A DNA stretch of 60,630 nt. It comes from Octopus bimaculoides (taxonomy: Eukaryota). The notes under the pieces were generated by a model that was not told where the DNA came from, searched no databases, and worked only from the letters and a program-made list of their open reading frames with translations. Where the stretch lies: NCBI RefSeq assembly GCF_001194135.2, contig NC_068998.1, forward strand, positions 4,178,305-4,238,934, written 5' to 3'. Below, piece after piece: positions 13,834 through 26,100 of this stretch. Every line of letters starts with the position of its first letter. The first letter of the stretch is position 1. A program made the translations under genes and the position numbers.

Positions 13834-14176
13834 TTAAGAATGAAGAGATGCGTGGATAGTGGTGAGAGGATATCCACGTAGGATGAAGTGTCGAGCCATG
13901 AGTTCAGACTGAGTCTCAAAGTCATGGTCGTCACTACAAAGCCTGCGTAGACGGAGTAATTGGGAATAGGGGATGGAAAGCTTGGTGTGTTTAGGGTGGG
14001 AGGAGGAGAAGTTGAGGTATGAGTGTGAGTCTGCGTGTTTGCAGTGGATGGAGGTGGTGAGAGTGGAGTGATGAATGCTGACTGAAATGTCAAGAAAGGA
14101 GACAGAGGTGTCAGAGATAGTGCAGGAGAAGTGGAGGACAGAATGGAAAGATTTGACTAAAGAGAGGAAGGAGTCC
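13834..14176 (-). mobile_element. Penelope-like retroelement RT C-terminal/thumb fragment, running into a gap
   Basis: FLDISV..K.ADSHSYLNFSSSHPKHTKLSIPYSQLLRLRRLCS..RGYP is the characteristic PLE signature. Confidence 0.9.
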
Positions 14177-15680
14177 NNNNNNNNNNNNNNNNNNNNNNNN
14201 NNNNNNNNNNNNNNNNNNNNNNNNNNNNNNNNNNNNNNNNNNNNNNNNNNNNNNNNNNNNNNNNNNNNNNNNNNNNNNNNNNNNNNNNNNNNNNNNNNNN
14301 NNNNNNNNNNNNNNNNNNNNNNNNNNNNNNNNNNNNNNNNNNNNNNNNNNNNNNNNNNNNNNNNNNNNNNNNNNNNNNNNNNNNNNNNNNNNNNNNNNNN
14401 NNNNNNNNNNNNNNNNNNNNNNNNNNNNNNNNNNNNNNNNNNNNNNNNNNNNNNNNNNNNNNNNNNNNNNNNNNNNNNNNNNNNNNNNNNNNNNNNNNNN
14501 NNNNNNNNNNNNNNNNNNNNNNNNNNNNNNNNNNNNNNNNNNNNNNNNNNNNNNNNNNNNNNNNNNNNNNNNNNNNNNNNNNNNNNNNNNNNNNNNNNNN
14601 NNNNNNNNNNNNNNNNNNNNNNNNNNNNNNNNNNNNNNNNNNNNNNNNNNNNNNNNNNNNNNNNNNNNNNNNNNNNNNNNNNNNNNNNNNNNNNNNNNNN
14701 NNNNNNNNNNNNNNNNNNNNNNNNNNNNNNNNNNNNNNNNNNNNNNNNNNNNNNNNNNNNNNNNNNNNNNNNNNNNNNNNNNNNNNNNNNNNNNNNNNNN
14801 NNNNNNNNNNNNNNNNNNNNNNNNNNNNNNNNNNNNNNNNNNNNNNNNNNNNNNNNNNNNNNNNNNNNNNNNNNNNNNNNNNNNNNNNNNNNNNNNNNNN
14901 NNNNNNNNNNNNNNNNNNNNNNNNNNNNNNNNNNNNNNNNNNNNNNNNNNNNNNNNNNNNNNNNNNNNNNNNNNNNNNNNNNNNNNNNNNNNNNNNNNNN
15001 NNNNNNNNNNNNNNNNNNNNNNNNNNNNNNNNACAACCGATGCTGGTGTGTTTACGTCCCCGTAACTTAGCGGTTCGGGAAAAGTGATCGATAGAATAAG
15101 TACTAGGCTTATAAAAAAATAAGTCCTGGGGTCGATTTGCTCGACAAAAGGCGGTGCTCCAGCATGGCCGCAGTCAAATGACTGAAAACAAGAAAAAGAA
15201 TAAAAGAATATGTGTGCATAATTCACTCGCAAGGCATTGATCGGCCCAGGGCTACAGGAGAAGAAACTTGTTCAAAATACCGCGTAGTGGGACAAAACCT
15301 GATTTGAAAAACCACGGAATTACGAAGCGAACGTTTTTAGCCATACACCCACGTCAGCCCTTACGCCCAATTTCGTTGAAATAAAAGCAAGATAAAAAAT
15401 AAAAAAATGGAACCCCACAGTTTTAGCTAGATTCGATCTGGCTTCGAACCATAACACAGCGAAGCATAGAACCAGTGAGGTGAAGTCGGAGTGGGGGTGG
15501 GAACAAAGTGCGAAGTGAAACTGACTCACTCTTTTGTTTGTAATGTTAAGCGTCTAGAGTAACTTCCCCCTGAATGACGCACTCTTCTTTCCAGGCGGGG
15601 TGTTGTCTCCTGCCTAAGCTATCCTGTTTAGTAATTAGTAATAGTTAATTAATTAGCTTTAATTAGTTCAGTTCCTCGTT

Positions 15681-15756
15681 ATGATGGATTATTGCCATGT
15701 AACAGTATTTGTGTTATTTATTTGTCTCGCTGCGTGTGGTTTTATTCCCGTCACTG
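15681..15756 (+). CDS. ADAM17: ADAM17 coding exon 1, signal peptide [25 protein letters not shown]
   Basis: ATG at 15681, hydrophobic core, donor G|GTAAGT, phase 1 matches exon 2. Confidence 0.85.
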
Positions 15757-16172
15757 GTAAGTTGGAATATATGTTCGTACACACCTATATATACAAACAA
15801 ACATACACACACACACACACAAATTCATACATACACACACACACATATATATATTTATATATATATGTATGTATACACACAAAATTATTCATGTGTATCT
15901 ATCTCTATAGATATACACACAGAACCTCTCTGGCATCTGGAGACATGGGATTTGGGGGCTTTCATACCTCTCTTGAGAGAACTTTGACAACGTACGTGAA
16001 GTGATGAAGTGGAGAAAGCAACAACTGGGACAGGAAGCTTGTTCACATAGGTCTTTTACGACTTTATAATTCTTCATACAGGCACATATGCTAACAAATA
16101 CATGTATACATTCAACATACACATAAACATACATACATAAACAAACGTATATACACACAAATATACATACAC

Positions 16173-16211
<39 letters not shown>

Positions 16212-19200
16212 NNNNNNNNNNNNNNNNNNNNNNNNNNNNNNNNNNNNNNNNNNNNNNNNNNNNNNNNNNNNNNNNNNNNNNNNNNNNNNNNNNNNNNNNN
16301 NNNNNNNNNNNNNNNNNNNNNNNNNNNNNNNNNNNNNNNNNNNNNNNNNNNNNNNNNNNNNNNNNNNNNNNNNNNNNNNNNNNNNNNNNNNNNNNNNNNN
16401 NNNNNNNNNNNNNNNNNNNNNNNNNNNNNNNNNNNNNNNNNNNNNNNNNNNNNNNNNNNNNNNNNNNNNNNNNNNNNNNNNNNNNNNNNNNNNNNNNNNN
16501 NNNNNNNNNNNNNNNNNNNNNNNNNNNNNNNNNNNNNNNNNNNNNNNNNNNNNNNNNNNNNNNNNNNNNNNNNNNNNNNNNNNNNNNNNNNNNNNNNNNN
16601 NNNNNNNNNNNNNNNNNNNNNNNNNNNNNNNNNNNNNNNNNNNNNNNNNNNNNNNNNNNCTCGGGGATATTCAGTGTGACACAGTGTGACCCTTTGAATT
16701 ACAGGTACAACAGAAACAGGAAGTAAGAGTGAGAGAAAGTTGTGGTGAAAGAATACTGCAGGGTTCGCCACCATCCCCTGCCGGAGCCTCGTGGAGCTTT
16801 TTATGTGTTTTTGCTCAATAAACACTTACAACGCCCGGTCTGGGAATCGAAACCGCGGTCCTATGACCGCGAGTCCGCTGCCCTAACCACTGGGCCATTG
16901 CACCTCCACGGGATTAATTATATATATATATAAAAAAAAAATTGACTGAATAAGGATTACATTTGACAGAGTAATTTGAATAGGCTTAAACACACAAAGG
17001 CTTGAAAAATATGTTGCATTACATTTAAATACCATGAATGATAATTAAAGTAATTAAGCAATATTTTTAGTTTTTTAAAAAGTAATAATATATTACTTGT
17101 ATACAATGGTAACAGCAATTTAAATATTTAGTAACATTACATGGATGTGGAAAAACACACAAATGCGTTTTATTTTATATTTGAAGTAAAACAATGAAAC
17201 AAAAAGAAAGCATTAGTCGTTTATTGGAGTTTTTCTGTGGCTTTTTTTTTATAAATAGATTCTTTCAACTAAACTTTATTTCATTGTTGTTATGAATTTA
17301 GCTCATTAAAATATGATACTGCCTATAGGATTGCCTTTGCCAACTGTATTTTGTTGTCAATGCAGGCGTGACTTTGGTCAGCACAGACAGAGCCATGAGG
17401 TTAAGAAGTTTGTTTTCCTGTCATATGGTTTCAGGTTCAGTCCCACTGCATGGCACTTTGGGCATGTGTCCTCTACAATAGCCCTGGATGGACCAACGCA
17501 GTGGTTCTTGACCTTTTTAATATCTGGGGTCAGATCCAAAACCTGGATTTTTATCAGGGGTCACACCAAAAAAGTAAAACACAAGTGAATTAAAAAAAAA
17601 ANNNNNNNNNNTATTTATTTAGTGAAGACCATCAAGGGCCACTTGAGGCCCTGGGAGCTGCAGTTGAAAGCTGCTGAAGCAAAGACTTGTGAGTGAATCT
17701 GGTGGTTGGAAACTGAAAGAAGCTTATCATCATCATCATTTAAGAACCGTTTTCCATACTGGTATGGGTTGGACTGCTTGAGAGGAGCTTCTTTGGCTCC
17801 CTGTCCGTTTTGACATGGTTTCTCTGGCTGGATGCCCTTCCCAATGCCAACCACTTCACAGATTGTACTGGCTGTCTTTACACAGCTACCAGCATGGGTG
17901 CATTTACATTCCACCAGTATGGGTGCTTTTTAGGTGGCATCAGCACCCCCGAGCCTGCAAGATTTGGAATGGTCAGCTGAAGAAGGAGGGGTGCAGAGGA
18001 CATGCCTGTCTGCATGGATGACCAATGTATTTACTTAGCTTGATGTGTCTTCTCAAGCAGAGCAAACCACCAACAGTCTCAGTCCACTCTCTTCCTCTCT
18101 GTGATGCTCAACATTTGAAGATCCTTTCTTACACCACTTCGTCCCATGTCTTCCTGGGTCTACCCCTTTCACTTCGCCCCACATCTTCCTGGGTCTATAT
18201 GTGTGTCCCTTAAGAGGTTCCTAACGTTGAAATTGCAGTAGGGAATTAACCAGTTATTTTCAAGTTGTGGATTCTATTTAGCATGTCACCCAAAGACAGT
18301 CTTTATTGTGAAGAGAAATAATATGAGTGATATAATGGCTTCATAGCGGGTTTGGCTGCTATTTTTTATTTAGATCATGGTCATTAATTTTCCCTTCCTT
18401 GCACCTGCATGCAGGCCTTCACTCCTCTTCCCCGATCATCACACCACACTGCACCACAGCCCTGTCCCTTTCTCAAACTCTTCCAATGTAGTACGTCGTT
18501 TATCTGTTTGTATTTCCCAGTGCACACTTTGTCTTTTGCAGGAAACATAAACCAGAAACTGCACTATTTTGAAACCCTGAAATCTACAGACATTCACATA
18601 ATCACTAAACGTAGCATTGACGCCAACCCCCAGTCACACCTTAAGTTTGTACACCTGAAAGGACTAGGCAGGTAGGTTGCTAATGTTCGTTAAGAACAAT
18701 GTTATTTTTGTGTATTTCAAGGGCTGGAGGGTTTATTCAGTGACAAGGGCTGATTGATTTTCTACTTCCAATTCTAAATCCTCGTTGCTTGGGTCTGTTT
18801 GTGCAGTGGCTCAAAGGGTATTCTCTTCTCTTAACCTCACAATCAGGCATCTCTCTCACTCATTCTGTTGACTCAAACTTTATGCATACTTGCTACTCTG
18901 TTCACCTACACTCAAACCTGCACTCTCACTGACTTTATACTAAATTGAGCCTCACTCTCACTCACTCTTTTAATTTAAACATCACACTTACCCTGTTGAA
19001 ACTGACATCAGTCTTATTCTATCAACACAGATCTCTCACTCACTCTTAACTCAAACTTAAGTCTCACTCACTATTGACTCAAACTTCACTCTCATTCCCT
19101 CTTGACTTAAATGTCAGTCTCACTCACCCTTTTGGCACAGGCCTCACTCTCACTCACTCACTCTGTTGGCACAGACGTCACTCTCACTCATTCTAGTGAC

Positions 19201-22200
19201 TCAAGCCCATCCTCACTAACTATTAAATACAAACCTCAAATTATGTTTTCGTGATGTTCAAGTGCTCCAGTCTGGCCATAGCTATATTTGTATAGTTATG
19301 GTTTAAATTAAGGTTTTTGAGTGTTTTCCACATTTTTCTCTTGATGTATTTTTTGGTTAATTTGAAGAAATTCTCAAAATAAAGCAAGAATTGATAACAT
19401 TACCTGGGGGGGGGGGTTATTTTTTGATGTTTGCTACTTGTATTTTTTATTTTCATTATTTATATCCAGGGACTTCAGTTTTTATTTACGCTCCAGCCAG
19501 CAGGTTTTGACCCACGATTTCGAAGCCACTGTAGTCGATGCAGACGGTCACGAATCTTCACTCTTTGTTGATAAGAATGCCTTTTATCAAGGAGCGCTAC
19601 AAGGTGTGTCAGTAAGTTCGTTCATATCACCATCATCATCATCATCATCATCATCATCGTTTTAATATCTTCTTTTCTGTATTTACCTGGTGCAGGTGAG
19701 AGTATTCTTGGAGCAGAGTTCTCTGTGATCAGATGCCCTTCCTGATCCCTTACTCTCCCTTATTTCCAAGCAAACTAATAACCCCACCATGACCACCACT
19801 GCCTAATGAACTATGAACAGCCTGGATACAGTTACATGGAAACAAATGACACTCTGTGAATGAGTCTTTTGTTTATGAAAACCCCCTAATGTGCCAAGGA
19901 CATGTCTGAGGTTGTCACATGCTTTTGTGGTGGACTGCAAGCAAAGGACAGTGTATGAACAGTGAGGCCATTGTTTACAATCAGTAAATGCACCTGACGA
20001 TGAAGGGAAATAAGAAGTGTCACTCTCAATAAATTCAATGGTTTATGCATGTCAAAACTTGTCATGGTTGGCTGTAGGCAAAGGATACATTTTACACTCA
20101 AATGTCAGTCTTACTCTCTAAACAGAGGTCTCACTCTATCTTGACCCAGACTTCAGTCTCACTTGCTCTTTACTCAGATTTCAGTCTCACTCCACCTCAA
20201 CTCAGACTTCAGTTTCACTTGCTCTTGACTCAAACTTCAGTCTCACTCACTCTTTACTCAGACTTCAGTCTCACTCCACCACGACCCAAACTTCAGTCCC
20301 ACTCGCTCTTGACTCAGACTTCTGTCCCATTCGCTCTTTACTCAGACTTCACTTATTCACTCTAGTCACCTTGAACCCTAACCCTAACCCTAACCCTAAT
20401 CACTCAAGCCTTACTCTCTTCACTGTTACAATCAACAAACACACAAAGCTGAGGAGAATACAAACTCTCTCTCTCTCTCTCTCACTCTCTCTCACTCTCT
20501 CTCAATCAATGTTTCTCTCTCTCTCTCTCTCTCTCAATCAATGTTTACATGTTCTTAATGTTTGTTTTATTTCTCTTTTCTTCCATTTAATGTAGACGAT
20601 GCTCATTCACATGTTGAAGCTGTATGGGAAGGTGAGGACTTACTGGCCACCATAACCACCCCTAATGACACCTATACAGTTGAGGTGAGCTCTGTGATAT
20701 AACACTTTTGATACTCAGGGTTCAGAAATGATGCAAAACTAAATGGACCCCCTCCTCTTTGTGTCAATGATGAAAACTCTTGATGTTCCCTTTATCTTGT
20801 CATCGTCATCATCATCACATCATCATCATCATCATCATTATCATCATCATCCTCATCGTCATCCTCCTCCTCATCATCATCTTCATCATCTTGTGTTCAT
20901 ATTCCATGCTGGCGTGTTTTTACTGGAGCCGATGTTCCAAAGACTAGATTGATCTCCAGTGCCTGCTTTGGCGTGGGGTTTTCCAGTTGGTTGCCCTTTC
21001 TAATGCCAACCACTTTACAATATGGACTGGGAGCTCCTTTCGTGCCACCTGCCCTGTTGGTGGCGGGGGGGGGGGGTCGCCTTGCAGTTTCCAGCAGGAC
21101 TATGAGCTCTGGGTTGAATTATAGCATAAAAGGCGGAGGTAAAGAATATGTAACAAAAAAAACCCTAACCCTAACTCCTGACCCTAAACACCGGGTGTGC
21201 GTATTCTTTACCTAAGCCACATAATGTGTTGAGTATTTTACTGCTATTTTTAGCAGGTCAAGCAACTGTGTAGAGGTACCATCATTAGCTTGTTGGTCAG
21301 CGATGTCTTACTTGCCAGGAGGACAACAGCCAAGTCATGGAACCAGTTGAGAGAGGAATGACTTCTTTGCTGTTAGTTTCTGTAGTATTGAAATGTGGCT
21401 TTGTGGAAAAAATGTGACTCAGTACAAAAAATAAAATGCTATTTCTATCACCCGTTTTCCGGTTGTCCCTTATCTGTAACTATAGCAACTTGTTTTTATC
21501 TATTTTATCCAAACACGAATATAATAATATATCAGTAAAAAAAGAATTTTGGTTGCTTGCTTGCTTGTGCATGTTTGTAATTGTGGTTATAGTTTGACTT
21601 GGAATGAATTTGTTATCTCTAAACACTTTAACCCTTTGGCATTTAAACCAGCCAAATCCGGCCTAAATATTCTACTCATTTAACCCTTTTGATACCAACT
21701 CGGCTAAAACCACTTCCGGCTCTGTAGTACAAACGTTTTGTTTTCATAAGTTTTAAATTAAAACCTTCCACCAAACCTTAGTCACAATTTATGTTCCTAA
21801 CATTAGCTGAATGACAACTAAGTTATTTTACTACATTCTTTGTTATATTTAAAATTAATTGAAAGAAACACGGAGCATCTCAACAGAAATATGATAACGA
21901 AAGGGTTTTAATGTTCAAACTAGCCATATCCAGCCTCTCACACCTACCTTACAGTGTCATTCGAGTAATAAACCACCACACCATTGACATCTCAAAGCTA
22001 TGAGATAAGCCATGGTTCACTCCAAACAATTTGAATAAATACCACGTTCGACAGAATAATCTGAATGTTGAAGGGTTCAATACTGATCTAGATTTCCAAT
22101 GGTTAATTTTTTTTGTGTCATTAGGGGAGATCACTGCTTATGACCCCTTTACTGGGCCTCTTAGACTTGGGGAAGGGAGAGAAATTACTCAAAGCAAAGG

Positions 22201-23132
22201 TTTAAATTTTAATTGCTCATTGGCCTTGTAAAAATAAATTAATAGATTGTAATTTGACCTTTTTTGTTTGCCTTTTGAAAATATTACTGGAGTCTTTATT
22301 AATCCTGTTGGTAAGGGACCTACAAAATCTCTATCCACCTCGTGTGTGTGCGTGCATGTATATGTGTGTGTCTGTATGTATGTGTGTGTGTGCACATGCA
22401 TGTGTATGTATGTATGTATGTATGTGTGTGTGTGTGCAATGGTACCTGCTGTGCCCTGTTGCTGACATAAATTGATTTTAATTTTGTCTCCCACTATTCT
22501 GTCTAGCCCTCTTGGCGTCATCTTCCCAACAGCAAGAACCATACCATGATCATTTACAAAGGCTCAGATGTCGTCAGTTTCTACAACAAGACGGGCCATG
22601 GAAAGTAAGTTGTCTCTTTTACTTTTTCTCTCCCCCCCCTCCTCCATCTTTATTCATTTTTTTCTGCTTTTCTTTCTTAACTTCCAAAAATTGCTGATTA
22701 TTTTCAAGAACAGAGAAACAGGAAAAACTAGCTGAGGAAAATGCTTAGTTCAGATTCTACTGGGGTTGACTTTGCCTTTCATCCTTTCAAGGTCAATGAA
22801 TTAAGTACCAGTTGCGTACTCTGGGATTGATATAATCTTCTAACACCTCACCCAAATTTTCAGGCCTTTTGCCTTTAGTAGAAAGGATCATTATTATTAT
22901 TATTATTATCATTATTATCAAGGTGGCAAGTTGGCAGAATCGTTAGCACACCGGGCGAAATGCTTAGCAGTATTTCTTCCGTCTGCATGATCTGAGTTCA
23001 AATTCCGCCAAGGTCGACTTTGCTTTTCATTCTTTTGGGGTTGATAAATTAAGTACCAGCTGAGTACTGGGGTCGATATAATCGACTACTCCTCTGCCCC
23101 AAATTTCAGGCCTTGTGTCTTTAGTAGAAAGG

Positions 23133-23195
<63 letters not shown>

Positions 23196-26100
23196 TTATT
23201 ATTATTATTATTATTATTAGTAGTAGTAGTAGTAGTAATAGTATTGTTATCTGTAGCTACCTATGGGGCTGTTTTAGCTTCCTCATCCCATCATTATCAG
23301 TTTCAGGAACCCTGAAAAGGATCAGTTCATTTGAACCCATTATTACATCCACCACCACCACCACCACCACCATTATTACTACTAATACTGTCACTACAAC
23401 CATCCCCACCTCCACCACAACCACTCCTGCTACTGCTACCACCACCACTGCTACTGCTGTTGCTGTCATGTTCTGTTTTGTGTCTGTGTTTCAGCCAACT
23501 TGTCTGTAGAAGCCAGCCTGGTGTTACTCTGAGTAAAGAGGAGTATGAGAAATCTCTAGAAATAACCAAACGATTCCATGAATCAGGTAAGTCACACCTT
23601 CGCTTTTGTTTTTGCTTTTGTTCATTTATTTTGTTAATTTTCACAAGAAGTGAAACAGAACCAGTGCATGTGTTTATTATTGGCATTGTGACCCTCCCAA
23701 GTTACAACACAATTGATATAAATAGATTTGAAATATAATTAAAATTACAAACAACCATATTTTTGTATATACACATTATTTCTCTTTCTCTCTCTTATTC
23801 TGTTTCCTCCACTCTATCCATTTTCTAGGCATGAAAAATTTCTCCAAATATTCTGGCGATAATCCAGATTCTGGCCACCACCGTAGCAAACGTTTCGTTC
23901 TAAAACATGACACTTGTGATATGATCCTTGTGGCTGACTATACATTCTTCAAAGGTATCGGCAATTCAGACAGTTTGAATACAGCCAACTATTTAGTGAG
24001 TACCAATTTATTTATATACACCCTCTTATAATACTCTTTCACTCCTTCAGGATTCGCTCTGGCACCCCATTGCTATGATCTTATCTTTTTCCCCAGCTAC
24101 CCTTATATTATGTTGGGTAACCACGTATCTTTGCTATAACAAGACGCCTGCGCTTGTGTCCCCCCCCCCCATCATACGGTATCCCTCCACCCTCACAAAA
24201 CTTATTTTGTACTTTCAGTGCCGTATACCCAGGGTGAGGATGAACTGGCTCTGACCAACGAGTCATGTTCGGAGTCTCAGTGGGAATGCAGTTTCACATG
24301 TGGTCCCCAGTCACCTGCATACACACCTTGGGATAGTGTGATCCATAACGGCTCATCTTGCCATCAATTCTTGACCATCACAGAAGATTCGCTGACCAAC
24401 TCACCACTGTTTATCGGAGCAGATGCAGCCTGCTTCTGAAATGGATTCTTGAGACTCGTTTTAACAAAAGCTAAGGGGTGCCTCATTCCCAGTGGTCTTC
24501 CAGCGTGCCAGACATCAACCCAGAATTTCTGAGGGCGCAGGTTAACCCAACACCTAACATAACCCACCCAACACCTGGCACAAAGCCCTTCTTCTCTCTT
24601 AAGTACTTCCCCCACTTAGCCAAGGGTTTTTTTTATTTTACCTTTTCCTATCTTGCAAGTTGCTTGGCAACCTCACTAGCACCAGTGGCACAAAAAATAA
24701 CTCCCAGTACACACTGTAATGTGGTTGATGTTTGGAAGGGCACCCAGCCAAAGCTGACACGGAAGCAAGGTGCAGCCCTACCACCTGCTTTCTTGCCCTA
24801 GTTACGCTTCAGCAACCTCGAAGAGGTTAAGGGACTTGTAAATGTCACTGTGTGTACATTGTGCTTGTGTGGTTGAGAAGCTTGTTTCCCAACCAAGCAG
24901 TCTCAAGTTCAGTCTTACTGCATGACATCTTGGGCAGATGTCTTCTAGTAAAGCTTTTGGTTGACCAAAGTTCTGTGAGTCCAAATACTTTCAAAAAGCA
25001 TGCATTCTGCTAAAGGCCTCCAATGGTCAGGTGGGGGTGCTGTTAATCCAAACAATAAAAAAAGTGCTAGTTTTAGTGGGGATGATGATGGTGACTGTGG
25101 TGATTGATGGTAAAGATGGTGGTGAAGGTGGGGATAATAATGAATAATAATGATGGTGGTGGTGGTTAGTGATGTTTGGTGACGATAATGGTGGTGGTAG
25201 AAAATTTGAAGATGGTGGTGATATTGAAGGTTATGGTGGTGATGGTAGTGTTTATGATACTGAAGGTAGTGATTATGATCATGATGATGATGGTGAAAAT
25301 AGTGGTAGTGGTGGTGGATTTTTTGTTTTTAGGGCAGGGTGCTGTTTTGCCGCCAATGGTGATGATAGCGATTTATGTTTGTCTTCCTTTATCATTTCAG
25401 ATCCACATAATGAGCAAAGTTGATCATATTTACCGTAACACAGTTTGGGATGAAAATCTAGGTCTTACCAACATTGGCGTCAAAATCAGACATGTATGTT
25501 AATATTCTTTACTGTTATTTCCATTCCTACATTCATAAATTCCTTCATGTGTTTTTATGTCAGTTTTTTTTTTTTTTCTGTTTTACATGCCAACATGGAT
25601 TTAGACAAGGAATATTATCAAAGCTCTCTTTGTCTCTTGTTACTAATACTTGCCTGTTTTTCAAGCAAGGAAGCTTAAGGACAAAAATGATTTGTTGACA
25701 GGAGAAACAGCAACAATAGCACTGCTGGTAGCTTGCAATTATAAACAAACACACACAAGTACACACAAACGTATGCATGCTTACACACACACACATATAC
25801 ATACATTATATATATACATCATCATTGTTTAACGTCCGCTTTCCATGCTAGCATGGGTTGGGCGATTTGACTGAGGACTGGCGAACCAGATGGCTGCACC
25901 AGGCTCCAATCTGATCTGGCAGAGTTTCTACAGCTGGATGCCCTTCCTAACGCCAACCACTCTGAGAGTGTAGTCGGTGCTTTTATGTGCCACCGGCATG
26001 AGAGCCAGTCAGGCGGTCCTGGCAACGGCCACACTCAAAATGGTGTTTTTTATGTGCCACCTGTACAAGAGCCAGTCCAGGGGCACTGGCAACGACCTCG

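Noticed and set aside
16840-16910. tRNA gene
   Set aside because: tRNA-like A and B boxes continue into SINE body sequence; no complete cloverleaf
24030-24800. Short ORFs in ADAM17 intron 7 as extra exons or a nested gene
   Set aside because: Exons 7 and 8 already join in phase; the peptides show no motif, and the block looks like a decayed retroelement region
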